Shown: one piece after another, positions 26,771-40,589 of the stretch
Position numbering within the stretch: the stretch's first letter is position 1
How the letters are laid out: every line of letters starts with the position of its first letter
Notes under the pieces: generated by a model
Database searches by the model: none
The model's input: only the letters and a program-made list of their open reading frames with translations
Told to the model about the DNA's origin: nothing
Made by a program: the position numbers and the translations under genes
NCBI RefSeq assembly: GCF_006345805.1
Contig: NC_043013.1
Location: 12,834,001 to 12,898,000 of the forward strand
Direction: 5' to 3'
From: Octopus sinensis
Taxonomy: Eukaryota
DNA: 64,000 bases

Positions 26771-27124
26771 TCAGTGGTCCTTTGCGTTCTCCTTTCTTTT
26801 TTGTGTCTTTCCTTCCTAACGATCTGCCATTTTGTATTCCTGTTATATGTGTCTTTATTTGCGCATGTGTATATCTCTGTGTGTGTCTATGTTTTGTGTG
26901 TGTATGGGAATGTGTATGGTACGTGCATTAGCCATTATCAGTATCCCCTGTTTATTCACGTTCGTTTAATTAAATTTAATTTCTTTTTTCTACAAAAAGT
27001 TATGAATGTTTGTTCCTTAAATTTGAGGGTGATAATATAGATCTATACATTTTATGAATATGGTTTTATAAGGGGACTTTTGATATCAGTTACCGGCGCC
27101 ATTGAGGTAAGGAAAACATTATAA

Positions 27125-27555
27125 AGTCTCATGGCTGGCCCCCAACAGATTTTTCTACAAAATATGTATAGATTATCCTGTTCAAGCTATATTATTAGCA
27201 TTATCCTGCGTTTGAGAATGAAATTATTTCTTTATCTATATCTTTTAATACATTTCAACGCTTCAAAAGCAAATCTTGTTTGTTGACTTTTAACGTAAGT
27301 TGAATTTATCGTATGATAGCATCTTATAAAGCTAGATTTATGTATCCAAACATTTCTGGAGAATTTGTCGCTAGGCAGTTTAGCTTAATGGTAAAGCACT
27401 TGGTGCATAATTACAGGGATGTGGTGAGTTCGAGTCTCATGGCTGGTCGCCAACAGATTTTTCTACAAAATATGGATAGGTTATCCTGCTAATGCTATAT
27501 TATTAGCATTATCCTACATTTGAGAATAAAATTATTTCCTTATCTCTATTTTTCA
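27125..27555. repeat. Direct duplication of about 115 bp flanking a tRNA-like SINE head
   Basis: 27125-27240 matches 27433-27550. A/B-box-like TAGCTTAATGG and GAGTTCGAGTC at 27380-27438. Confidence 0.65.
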
Positions 27556-28345
27556 ATATTCTTAAGATTAAAAACTTGAAAAATTACAGGACAATTTATT
27601 ACACTTGGAAAAGTTCAAGACAACTTATTATATATGGTAAAGTGCATAAAAAAATTTACTTAAAATATTGCAGCTAAGGATAAAATGCGAATACTAAAAA
27701 TTATTTGATTTTGATTTACAAGTAACATTATAACTAAAAAAAAAAAAGGTACTATCATTTTGTTAAAATATTGATACACTTGAATACTGAGAAACAGAAG
27801 TCTCAATATAACTAAAGCTTTATACAAAGTAGAATAGTATACATGGTAGGCAAATTCATTGTGTAAAAAATAGGCATTGGGTCAAGACTAAAACTGGGAA
27901 GACTTGACAATAACTCAGGCAATAATTCAAGCAAATTTTACTGTGAATTTGTTGTTATAGGTAGCTTTTACTGCAATAGATAGCTAATTTTGTATTGTTC
28001 TATTTCTTGTACTAATTATGTTCTACTATTATGTTTTATGACCTATTTTCAACTTTCTAATTATTAATTGATAATTAAAAAAATGAACATGTTTTAAAGT
28101 GTAATAAATATTTTGAGCTATTTTAAATTTTCAATATAAGTAACACGCACACTCAAGTAGAAGTAATAACTTGTAATAACATTTTTAGTTTTAATAAAAG
28201 CTAATATTTTTTAAATCCAAATATTTTCAAGTTCTGTAACTTGTCCTGTAAGTTTCCAGGTTTATAATCTTAAGAATATTATTTCTCTTGCTCGCATTTT
28301 TCAATGTAAATATGCATACATTTATGTTTGTATGTGTATGTATAT

Positions 28346-28741
28346 ATGCGCAGGAGTGGCAGTGTGGTAAGTAGCTGGCTAACCAACCACATGGTTCCGG
28401 GTTCAGTCCCACTGCGTGGCATCTTGGGCAAGTGTCTTCTGCTATAGCCCCTGGCTGACCAATGCCTTGTGAGTGGATTTGGTAGACAGAAACTGAAAGA
28501 GGCCTGTCGTATATATGTATATATATATATATGTATGTGTGTGTATGTGTTTGTGTTTGTCCCCCTAGCATTGCTTGACAACTGATGCTGGTGTGTTTAC
28601 GTCCCGTCACTTAGCGGTTCGGCAAAAGGGATCGATAGAATAAGTACTGGGCTTACAAGAATAAGTCCCGGGATCGATTTGCTCGACTAAAGGCGGTGCT
28701 CCAGCATGGCCGCAGTCAAATGACTGAAACAAGTAAAAAGA

Positions 28742-28745
<4 letters not shown>
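28346..28745 (+). mobile_element. tRNA-derived SINE, family A
   Basis: Full match to the other copies, followed by (TA)n. Confidence 0.9.
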
Positions 28746-28825
<80 letters not shown>

Positions 28826-30349
28826 ATGCATGTCCGTATGTCTATGTGTATGTATGTCCGTCTGTATGTCTGTCTGTCTGTATGTATGTCTGTCTGTATG
28901 TATGCATGCAAGTATATATGTATTTATATATGTATGTATTCGTATGTATGTAAATCTCTATGTATGTATGTTTGTATATGTTTGTGTATGTATATGTTTT
29001 ATGTATGTATTCTCATACATATAGTTGAATATCTAGACATGTTCATATATGTTTAAATTACAAATTTCTAGAACGTTTTACAGATTTTTACAGTTCCAAT
29101 GATGAATTAGCTCTGTAGTCTCCCAATTAGCTTTCTCATTTCTGGTTTTGAGAAGCCTAATTTCTCATGATTGCTATTTAGGCGGTGTGTTACATATCTT
29201 GTACAAATATATATGTATGTATCCATGTATGTTTGTATGTATGTATGTATGCATAATAATTCCATTCATATTTAGGGTTCTTTAAAGGAATACTAAACTG
29301 ATTTTGAGGAAGAATGAAAGGCGAATCTAATTTGGGTGCGATATGAACTTAGGATGGTAAGCTTCGTGACTAAATATCGGATGCAATTTTGTCTCACATT
29401 TTATTGATTCTTCAAATTCTCGACTTAAATCGAACATCTTTCCCTCGAAATCATTAAACTGAAACACGATCGTTAGAAGAGAAGGAAAAACCCTGCCAAT
29501 TTGCATGTTAACACGACATTAGCCAATCGATTTATTTTTATATTCGTTTGACGTCTAATGATTTCTAGCGTTGACTGAAAGATACGTATTTGTATGGACA
29601 GGTGTCAGAAAGTAAAAATGTTTCAAACACTGTAGTCACAGACAAGTTGTCAGATGGTTCAGTGACGAAAACCAATGAATAAGGTTTAGCAGATAACAAA
29701 TGAATACAAACATGTTCATACAGGCTACACTCAGAAATAAAAACTGTGAATACAGAATATGGTTTTAAATAATTAAACGCATGCTTGAGAAGCAGTAAAA
29801 TCAATGACGGAATCGATATAATGTTGATTTCTAACACCACCCCTATCTGCATTACTCTGTTGGTAACTTTCGGACGAAATCGTAATAATCCATTAGTGAT
29901 ACAAAATAAAACAATATTTAGATTATTCAAAAGGTAAAAGCAGGTATAAAGAAATTACAATGAAAAATGCGGACACAAGAAAGTTAATATTCTTATGTCA
30001 TTAAACCTGAAAAAGTACAGAACAAGTTTTTTTTATATCTGGCAAAAGCGTGGGACAAGCATATTTGTATTTAAAATATTGCAGCTAAAGTTAAAATTTT
30101 AAAATATTTAGATTTTTAAAAACTGAAAATAATAGCTTTTATTAGCTACTCTATAATTAAAAAATTAGATCAAATAATAACTGTTAGCAAAAACTAAAAC
30201 AAATTTTAATAGCCCCATTAAAAATGATTTTTTTTAATTATAAGTATTTAAGAACTACTACAAGTTTTTAAATAGTATTCAGTTAAAATTTCTATTTTGC
30301 TCATCTTTTTGATAAAAAGCGTCACACTGTAATTCATTAATAAAAATAT

Positions 30350-33300
30350 CATAAGTGTGGTCTTTTGGAAATTTCAAAAAAGTCTACGGTAGGGTTGTCG
30401 CAGTGTCTCGGAATAAAGCGAAGGAGAATGCAAGAAACCCGTCCAATGGCACTGCCAGAAGAAACAGAGGCACGGAAATATGTGTACCAGTTGAGAACAA
30501 AGAAAAGCCGTGCAATTGAAACACCACAAGAAACAGAAGCACAGAGAAATACTGATCGGCTGAGAAAACAGGACTCCAGAAAAAAGCACGACGCCGCCAC
30601 AAATTCAGCAGCGACAAGCAAACAACCAAGTACGATAGCAATCGAGACTTTGTCAGCAAAGAACTGACAATGAGAGAATGGCTATGGAAGATGATGTGGC
30701 AGATTTTCACGAGAAAGAACGAAACCCAAGCCTTATATTGCACTAAGGTGGAAACGTTTTTAACATGCCCTAACTGCAAAGCTTACCTTTAGGGTGCTAA
30801 TAAAATTACCCTCTGCTGTGACAAAGAAAAAATAAGCAATGACGAAGTTTCACAGATAAAAACAAAACCCCATAATTAATCGCTAAGTACCATGATGTTC
30901 ATCTATGCGATCAGATATTTTTGAATAAGATTTATGACTACAATAATTTCCTGGCTATGGCTTCACTTGGACTGGATAATCCACCAGTTGGAGCACAGAG
31001 TGGTAGCACTTTTATGCCTACTTTCAAGTTGTACGACCGCATCGGAAGTCTCCTGCCAGCGGTAAATAAGAAGTCAGGTCTACGCACAGCTATATTTCGT
31101 TGGCGCAGAAAATAAGATGAGAAACAGGTTGTCATTCAGAGGAGCCGACGATGACGTTAATGAGAACATCCTGCTAGACTTGCAGACAGCACTGCATATG
31201 CACAATCCACATGTCAATAGTTTTAAACAAGCTATTGATATAATTAAGGAATACATTGCACCAGGAAAATGTTCTACCGGTGATATTATTATATGTCATA
31301 ACAAACTATTTATCCCAACTGGGTCACATGAGAGAACCTATAATGCAACGATTGCATCAGAAGTTGAGGTGGTCATAGTGGGAGGTGATACCAAAAATCC
31401 AAACATTAAACCTGCGGATGTTGTTGTGCAGAACAGAGAGAGAGCAATGGGAAGTTAGACTACATAAGTCAAACCCCCAGAAGCTATGACCCTCTTCATT
31501 ATGTATTCAGTTTCCCTATGGGGAAGATGGCTGGAACATGCTCTTGAAAGACAATGACCAAAGCAAAAACATCACTGAATGGGATTTTTATTCAGGTAAG
31601 AAAGAGCAAGTTCAATGACATAATGAAAAGTAGATGGTTGATGCAATATGCAAATATAGAGCAAGATCGATTACACTTCCTGAAAACGTATCAGAAACAG
31701 CCTAAAGCTGAAAAGGGCCAGGGCCTTCTGGATGCTCTTGCAAATGCTGACATGAATAACGTAGGGTCTAAGATCATTCTTCCGCCATCGCACACTGGTT
31801 CTCCTCGAATTTACAGGGAGTGTTTCGAATCTGGAATGACTCTGGTGAGAGAGTTTGGAAAGCCAGACTACTTCATCACTATGGCAACCAACCCAAAGGG
31901 GACTAAGATAAAGGAAGCCCTGTTTGAAGATGAACGATCACAGGATCGAACTGACATTGCAGCCAGGGTGTTTGAAATGAAGTACGATTCTCTGAAGTAT
32001 GATCTGTTAAAGTAGTAGCACATGTATCTACAATTGAATGGCAAAAGACAAGTCTGCCTGTCCATATATTGCTCTTTATGGCTGCTACAAATAAGCCAAG
32101 AACGCCAGAAATCATAGATCGAGTTCTTGTATGTGGGGAGATAACAGATAAGCATATGGACCCATGACTATTGGAAACTGTTGTAGAAATCAACATTCAC
32201 GGATCATGTGGATGCCATAATCCAAATCGTCCATGTATGGATGGTGATCCACCAAAAGGCACAAAATCATTTCCCAAACAATGCAGAAGTACCACATTTA
32301 TGAGTGATGAAGACTATCCACGTTACAGACGTCAGTCACCAACCGCTGGAAGTAGGAAACATATTATTAGAACTAGCCAGACATCTACTGAAGTAAATAA
32401 TAGCTTCATAGTGTCATAAAAAGGCATTCCTATCTCTCCGATACAACTGTCATTTAAATGTTGAGGTTGTGCACACCGTACTGGCGGTGAAATATCTTTT
32501 CGAGTTACCTCACGAAAGGACCCGATAGGGTCAGTGTTCAAATTCAATCAAATAGTACTGATGAAACAATAGGAAAGCCTCAATTCAAGCCTTGACGTGG
32601 TTGACAATGAAATTGTCACTTACCAAAATGCAAGATACATCTCGTCTGGTGAGACAATTTGGAAGATATTCAAATTTTTAATTCATTCCAGACAACCCAC
32701 TGCCATACATCTTTCATGCCATTTGAAAAATCAGCAATCTCTTACTTTTGACGATGAGCTGCCTGAAAACCTTGAGCTTGCAGCAAAAGCAATTTCGACT
32801 GAGTTTTTTTACATTAAATAAGAATGACTCAGAGACCAGAGACAGGCCATATGCTGAAATTACAAAGTATTACATTTGGAATGAAAAAGAGAAGTGGCAA
32901 AAGAGGAAAATGGGATCAATGATGGAAGATGGAATCTATGAAACCAGTACTATTGGTCTCATTGCCATTGTCGCTTATAATGTCCGGCAGAAGGAATCGT
33001 ATTACATGAGGATGCTGCTGCATCAAGTCAAAATCCCCAATCATACGCTGACTTACGGACTGATAATGGTGATGTATGTTTCAACTGGCAAGATGCGTGC
33101 ACAAAGGTGGGACTTTTATATGACGAAATCATTGGAACATTAGATGAAGCCAAACATTACTGTTTCAGTGACCAGCTAACACACGTATTTTGTACTGTTC
33201 TCCTTACCTGTCGGCCACGTGAAACCAAAGATTTATGGGAGAGATACAAGGATGCATTGTGCGATGACAAAAAAGGCAAAAGCACGTGGGAAACCAACAG

Positions 33301-34921
33301 AATTCTTTTACAATAATGTCCTGCTTTCCATCAAAGTAAGATTGGCCAGAGAAGAAATAACAATGTGAAATCTTGGTCTTCTAGAGCCAGATTTTATAAG
33401 TGAACCAGTTCTGCTCAATATTGCTAAAGCTGCTCTCTGTGACCGTGTTTTCGAGAGGTATCCAACACTAAATGCTGAACAGAAGTATGTTTTTTGACCA
33501 AGTTGTTGGATCAGTTATAAACAAGGAGGGGGAAATATTTTGCATGAACGCGGGTGGTGGCTCTGGGAAGACTTACACAATCAATCTGATTCTCGCTGAA
33601 GTTCGGTCATAAGGTCATATTGCTGTTGCCACTGCAGTCTCTGGATTTGCTACCACCCTGCTGGAAAATGGGCGAACTTTGCACTCCAGATGCAGTATTC
33701 CATTGCGAATTACAGAAGAATTTATGTGCCATATGAAAATAAGTGATTCCAGAGGTAATTGACGAGGTTACAATGGGTCAGAGGCATGTCTATGATTGTG
33801 TTGATCGCAGTCCTAGAGAAGTTTGACAACCAGATAAGCTGTTTGGCGGTCTGACTGTTTTGTTTTCTGGAGAATGGAAGCAGATCTTGCGCTTGGTGCA
33901 AAGAGGTTACAGAGTTCAGATTGTTCATGCCATATTAAAACAGTCATACATTTGGAACCATGTCCAAAGCTTTCAGTTGTCTGTCAATATGAGAGTCCGA
34001 AATTCTTGCGGTGTTGACACAACTTTCGCACCCTATCTTGACCAGCTGGGGAATAGAACATTTTCCCTCAATAAAGAAATTGGTGAATACAAAATATCTA
34101 TAGCCCCACCGCATTTGATTGACTCTACAAGGCTACAGGATCTTTGTGAAGTGGTCTTCAGGGCTATTGAGGATAAATATAGAGAGGGTCTATGGATAAG
34201 CAGCAGAGCCATCATTATTCCTACAAACAAGGCTGCTGAAAAAGTAATAAAGTTGTCATGTCAAAGCTTCTACAAGGATATAGTAGAACTTATCAAAGCT
34301 GTGATACTTTATACGAAAACGAGACTGAGTTCCCACCGGAACTGATCAATGATCTCAACTCATCAGGATTTCCACCATACATTTTGGTTTTGAAGAAGCA
34401 CTCTTCAATTATGCTGCTCAGAAACCTTGATCCAGCAGGGGGTCACTGTAACGGAACAAGATATATGGTCGTGAATTTGCACAACCACCTTATTGAAGCA
34501 GATGTGGCCGATGGGACACATGCTGGAATCCGAATAATGATACCCCGAATTCCACGGACCACCACTGAAGACTATCCGTTCTCATTTTCCAGGAAGCAGT
34601 TTCCTCTGAAACTGGTTTTTGAAAGGACAAATCCCAAGGTCAGACTTAAGAAACAGTTGGAATTTACCCGCCAACACCTATGTTCATCCATGGCCAGTCC
34701 TATGTTGCCAATAGCACGATCGGTTCTGGGAACAATGTGCATATATTGGCTTTGGACTCAGAGTATAAGGGTATGAATGGAATATACACTGACAAAGTTG
34801 TCTATTAGGAAATTCTATAAGAAAATTATAGTAGGTTTTACATTTTACTTTCAAACTACAAACAGGAGTGTAGATATGTAAGTAACTGAATCGACCGACT
34901 GGAGGGCGGTGGTTCAGCTAG
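30350..34921 (+). mobile_element. Near-full-length autonomous-type Helitron (Rep/Hel pseudogene)
   Basis: N-terminal ETxxETEAR repeats and CPNC..CC zinc motif. Rep motifs GKPDYFITMATNP and TIEWQKTSLPVH. Helicase motifs AGGGSGKT, FGGL..SGEWKQ, RAIIIPTN, MLLRNL..CNGTR and RKQFPL. 3' hairpin plus CTAG|T at 34918-34921. Many stops and frameshifts; 5' end not located. Confidence 0.9.
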
Positions 34922-35046
34922 TTTCTATAATTTTGAAATTTTATCACTTTTTATTCTGAACTCGACAAAGACAAGCTATCTGTCGAAATATCGTTCAACC
35001 AATAAAATATCGACTGCAGTCGCATCGCGCTCTTCCTCTTGACTAG

Positions 35047-35240
35047 GAAGAAGAAAAAGAAGAAGAAGAAGAAGAAAAGAAGAAGAAGAAGAAGAAGAAG
35101 AAGAAGAAGAAGAAGAAGAAGAAGAAGAAAAGAAGAAGAAGAAGAAGAAGAAGAAGAAGAAGAAGAAGAAGAAGAAGAAGAAGAAGAAGAAGAAGAAGAA
35201 GAAGAAGAAGAAGAAGAAGAAGAAGAAGAAGAAGAAGAAA
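35047..35240. repeat. (GAA)n polypurine tract
   Basis: Seen directly. Confidence 0.95.
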
Positions 35241-35949
35241 ATGTCAGCTCCGCGCTGAATAACAATATGGGCGTGTTACACCGGACTCTCCATACAAATA
35301 CAAATCTAATCTAATAACACCAGTGTAATAAGAAAAAGGAACCCGCGGAAGACTTGCAGGAAACGGCATTTTAACGAAAATAATCACAAAAAAAACGAAA
35401 TTTTACTGCCATACGAAAACAGTTTCTCCCATGCACGATGTCTCAGTGAAACATGTGCGAAAGACACGTGCGAAATCAACGTCGAAAACTTTACAAATTA
35501 TAAAATATAAGTGGAACAAAACAGTAAATTCATAAATTGATTTAATTATGCATACACTCGAATGTCTATACATTCATATATTAATACCCATAGGACTACA
35601 CATACACTCAATGTTTACACAACTACGTGAAATTTACAGGACACACATACAAGTATATGACAGCACGTGTCGCAAACGAAACAAAACTATAACAATACAA
35701 TTTTCTTCGAACTAACACAGAGTGAATAATTCATAATAAGTTTTAAATAAGTGCAAAGAAACTATGCCTAGAGATAAATCTGTCAACAACAACAAAAACA
35801 TACAGACGAATACAGATCTGTTTGCTTTTAAAAGCGATGTTACGAGCAATGCTTTCATTCAGAGAACATGTTGTCTCAAAATGTTAACGCAAAACAAACT
35901 GATCCTACCTTAATATTAACGTCCAAACGCATCATGCCTCAAATATAAC

Positions 35950-36435
35950 AAAGCAATATACACAGCGGATCGTTCGTTACCAGAGTCAAGATGGGCCGCG
36001 CACGCCAGTGAGGGACCAGACTGGGTGTGAAAAATCAGATACTGGTTCAAATCTTTCCGTAACGCAGGAGCTCGAAGTACCCCACAACCGGAATATTCCA
36101 TCAAATGGCCATCCAAGCTCGTCATTGGGAGATAAATCTAATACTGAACAAACCTACCTAAACTGAAGAGAGGAGCATCTTGAAGTAAGATCTTATATAG
36201 TAACAACCTTGCCAACGTCAGAAGAAACGAAGATGCAGGTAAAGAAGATACTACTGTGGAAATAATTACAGACTAACCCAGGTCTGATGAAAATGCGGTA
36301 ATGATAATGAGTCAATGTAACTTATAAGCAAAGTGAAATACTCTCTGAACCAACCATAAACACCAAGGCAGATGAAAATCAAATAGATGAAGAAAGTAAA
36401 ACAGAAATTGACCCAACTGAACTGGAGGATCTAAG
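35950..36435 (+). mobile_element. Possible highly decayed Penelope RT N-terminal fragment
   Basis: SDENAVMIM resembles the ADKGNAVVIM motif of Penelope-like elements; weak. Confidence 0.3.
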
Positions 36436-36439
36436 CAAT

Positions 36440-38620
36440 CTGCAGCTTTGTTTTCCCACCACTTGTCTTTCATCTGTCGCAGCTCAGTCTGCACCTTTGT
36501 TTTCCCACCACTTGTCTTTCATCTGTCGCAGCTCAGTCTGCACCTTTCCTCTGATGTTCTTGAGGCGGTCGTGCTTGGCTTGGGAGTCTTTGTCGTTGAG
36601 CCAGCCTGTGAAGGCTTCTTTCTTCTCCTGGAGGAGGGTGGTGAACCCCTTGTTGTTGTCAAACCAGTCTTGTTGTTTCCGTTTTGTGTGGCCAAGGGTA
36701 AGGCTGGCAGAGTCATACACTGCACCCCGGAAGTTGGCCCAGGCCTTCTCAATATTTCCCTCTGCTGGCAGATGTTCAAGCTGGTTCGCAAGGTTGGCAA
36801 TGAGGGTCTCTTTTGGTTTTGGTTCATTGAGTTTCTGGACGTCCAGTTTCTTTTTAACATCAGCTTTCTGGCGTCTGTGTCTGCTGACAATGGAAAAGGA
36901 CAGTCTGCACCTCAACAGCAGGTGATATGTCCAGCAATCAGCTCCCCTCATTGCCCTAGTGATGCAAACATTCTGGATGTCACGGCGCCTGGTGATCACA
37001 TAGTCAATCAGGTGCCAATGCTTGGACCTTGGGTGCATCCAGGTAGCCTTGTGGATGTCAGGCATTTGGTACAGGGTATTGGTGATGGTGATTCTCTGTT
37101 CAGCGCAGAAGGTCAGTAGCAGTTGACGGCTGTTGTTCTCATGTCCGATGCCATGCGGCCCGATGACATCTGGCCAAGGTTGGGCATCTCTGCCTACACG
37201 GGCATTGAAGTCCCCGAGTATCAGCAGCTTGCTATTCTTTAGGAACTGACCGTAGCACTTTGGTGAGGTTCTGATAGAACAGGTCTCTCTGCTCCAGAGT
37301 GTAGGTCGCAGTTGGGGCTTAAGCACTGAGGTCAGGTGCATCTTGCCTTGGAGAGGAGTTCTCATCACCATCAGGCGATCGCTGAATCCTCTTGAGAGGG
37401 ATTCCATGTTTTTGACGAGGGCGGTGCGAATGGAAAAGCCAACTCCTACTTCCCTGCGTTCATCCGCTGCCTTCCTTGACCAAAAGAAAGTTATCTAGCC
37501 CCAGCCTCGGTGATCTCCCCCGTGTCGGCAAGGCGTGTCTCGCTGAGGGCAGCAACATCAATGCTGTATCTCTGAAGTTCACAACCCACAAGTGCTGTTC
37601 GACGTTCTGGTCTGTCACAGTTTTGGTTGTCCATGTGTGTCCTGATGCTCCAGGCTCCAACACATAAAGTGCTTTTCGGGCGGGAGGATTTGGGATTCTT
37701 CTTTCGTATTTCTTTCATGTTTCGACCGCGTGGTAGATGACCAGTCAGCTGCGGTATGCTGGCAGGATGAGATGAGGCAAGCTTTCTTTAGGTCACATTT
37801 TCTAGACCCTTCCCCCTAAGGGGGCGAGCAGTGCTATCCCTGAAGAGGGTTGTTCCGTCGTCAGAGTGGCTGCCGAACTATGCCCTTGCCCAGTAGGTTG
37901 CAGAACGACAACCCGAGTGTAGGTACATGGCTAGCAGCTCCCAGAGCAATCCTGCACCTGCCACCATCACCATGCGCCCATCGCCTAAGGACTTGGAAAA
38001 AGAAGAAGTAGAGGGGTGGCGTCACTGAATCCTGGGCAAGGGAACTGTGGAGGCCTTGGGTTGCGCAAGACCACCCCACCCCCTCTCGGTACAGCTGATC
38101 TAGCCAGGAGGGACGCAGGACGATACATCCTAGCCACGACTGGACTGCAGGCGTTGCCGGAGATGATGGACTTCATTACCTAACCTCCTTAGGGGTTCCA
38201 CTCCGGATTTGGATACGGTTTACTCCCTAGCCTTTGATTAATCAAAAACACCTACCCGCAAGGCAGCAGGAGACTCTTGGAGGGCGGGGACGTCTCACTA
38301 CCCGTACAGAACCAGAAGGACCTGCCCACTGCCTATACGATATATACAATTTTTAAAAAAGAACACAGTATATACAATACATACACACAGAGAGTCCAAA
38401 ATGCAACATATACAATACACACAAACACTCCACAAACACACATAGTTGAATGGCCGTTGACTACGTTGTAGTTCCTCCACTCTGACAGGACCTATCTTTT
38501 GTCCCGTAAGGTATTCAACAAGCACCGACCTTACCAAGCAAGCGTGGTGGAGTTGGCAGTTTAGTCGCCGACGACCCGACCATGGAACAGGTGATAGTGG
38601 GCTACATGGTACCTGTAGCA
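36440..38620 (-). mobile_element. RTE (BovB-like) LINE 5' half (leader, 5' UTR, endonuclease), inverted
   Basis: VGAWSIRT, RPERRTALV, ALSETR, ILGDFNARVG, TWMHPRSKHWHLIDY, QDWFD and DKWWENK. A 49-bp tandem duplication sits at 36448-36545. Confidence 0.9.
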
Positions 38621-38624
38621 CTCA

Positions 38625-39740
38625 AGAGCCATGCTCTTCCGCGCCCTGTCAAAGTCTGATGCTGGTGTCACTATTCGCTACAGATGTGACGGCCGATTCT
38701 TTGACCTCAGATGTCTGAAGGCGAAAACCAAAGTTCTGGACGCCGTAGTGAGAGATTTCCTGTTTGCAGACGATTGTGCGCTTGCAGCATTGAATGAACC
38801 AGACCTACAGCAAGAACTTGCCACTTGTCTCGCAGAAGCAGCAAAAGCCTTCGGACTGACCATTAGCCTGCGAAACACGGAAATGATGATTCAGCCTTCA
38901 CCTGGCATGACACCTCCTGAGCCCCAGATTAGATTGAGGGCACAACTCTGAACAACGTGGAGAGCTTTACATACCTGGGAAGCTGTCTGTCCTCAAACTG
39001 CAGCATGGACAAAGATATCTCCATGAGGCTTGCAAAAGCAGGGGCTTCGTTTGCCAGACTTTGGGCATATGTGTGGGCTGAACGAAGCATCAGACTTTCC
39101 ACCAAGCTGGCAGTCTATAGGGCAGTCGTCATTACCTCTCTGCTCTACGGATGTGAAACGTGGACGCTGTATAGGAGGCAAATGCGAGTACTTGACCAGT
39201 TCCATCTCTGCTGCTTGCGACGAATCATGTGAATTTCCTGGGAGGACAGAGTCTCCAACACTGAGGTGCTTCGCAGAGCCTAAATGCCCGGGATCGAAGC
39301 TCTCATCATGAAGGCCCAGCTCCGGTGGTTCGTATATGTAGTCCGAATGGACGACGCACATCTACCAAAGATGATCTTCTTCTCTGAGCTGACTTCTGGA
39401 GCAAGAAACTCTGGAAGGCCACTGGGGCGATACAAGGACAGCCTGAAAACTTCCCTTGAGGCCTGCGGCATTTCAGCTCGTGGCTACAAATCGCTTGCCT
39501 CTGACCGCAGCGCCTGGCGTCCAGCTGTCCAAAAGGGTGTTAAGCTGTTCGAGGAAAAGCGCCTCAAGAGCCTGGACCAGAAGCAACAAGCCCGAAAAGA
39601 GAGGATCTCCAATCTTACTTTTGCTGTTACGTGCCCAACATGTGGCCGCGTCTGCGCGTCCGCCTTTGGGTTCCGCTTTCATCTCCGGCGTCACTGATGT
39701 CACTGTCGAACCCCGACAGACTTCCATCTTATCATGAGGG
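38625..39740 (+). mobile_element. RTE LINE 3' half (RT C-terminus and C2H2 tail)
   Basis: DFLFADDCAL, FTYLGS, LLYGCETWT, QLRWF..V.RM and CPTCGRVC...HLRRH*. Confidence 0.9.
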
Positions 39741-39744
39741 GCTG

Positions 39745-40585
39745 TATGAATGTATGTTGGTCTGTGTGCATATTGTGTATGGGTGGGGGTGTTATGTGTG
39801 TTGTATGTGTGCATATTATATGAGATTATATGCTCTGTTTGTTGGTGTGTATGTATTTTAGGTGTGTATGTTTGTTATGTGTATTTGTATGCGTGTACGG
39901 TATGTGTGTGTGTATGCCATGTGCGTCCGTGTGTTCGTATATTATGTGGGTGTGTATGTTCTGTTTGTTGGTTAATGTGTATATTTTGTGGAGGTGTTCA
40001 TGGTATGTGTGTTGCTGTGTTTCTATACTGTTTGCATACGTGTGTGTGTGTGTTGTGTGTGTGTGTGTATTATGTGGGAGTGTGTGCTATGTGAGTTGGT
40101 CTGTGTGTATATTATTTGGGTGTGTGTGCTATGTGAGTTGGTGTGTGTATATATTTTGAGGGGTGAATGCTATGTGTGTTGGTGCGTGTGTACATTTTGT
40201 GGGGAGTGTGTGTTATTTGTTGGTGTGAGTTTGTGTATTACATTGGGGTTGTGTGGCATGTGTGTTGCTCTGCGTGTATATTATGTATGTGTGTTGGGGG
40301 AGTGCTTTGTGTATTGGAGTGTGTGTGTGTATCATATGGGCGTGTTTGCTATGCATGTTGTTGTTTGTGTATATTATGTGGGGGTGTGTGTGTGCCATGT
40401 TGAACGATGTGTGTGTATATTATGTGGGATGTAATGCTTTATGTGATTGTCTGTGTGTATGTTATGTGGTAGTGTGTGCTATATGTGTTGGTGTGTGAAT
40501 GTGTGTATTATGAGGGCACTTGTGCTATGTGTGTTTGCCGTTGTGCATGTTATGTGATGCTGTGTGCTGTTTGAAAATGTAGTAG
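39745..40585. repeat. Degenerate TG-rich simple satellite
   Basis: Recurring GTGTGTATATTATGTGGG/TGCTATGTG motifs. Confidence 0.8.
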
Positions 40586-40589
40586 CACT

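Noticed and set aside
29565-29930. 121-aa minus-strand ORF
   Set aside because: No recognisable motif or convincing splice context.
35039-35314. Poly-K/R/E ORF
   Set aside because: It is simply the (GAA)n tract.
38465-38556. Twister-like AACTCCAC...GTGGAGG pairing in the RTE leader
   Set aside because: The conserved central twister segment (CCGGTCCCAAGCCCGG-like) is absent.
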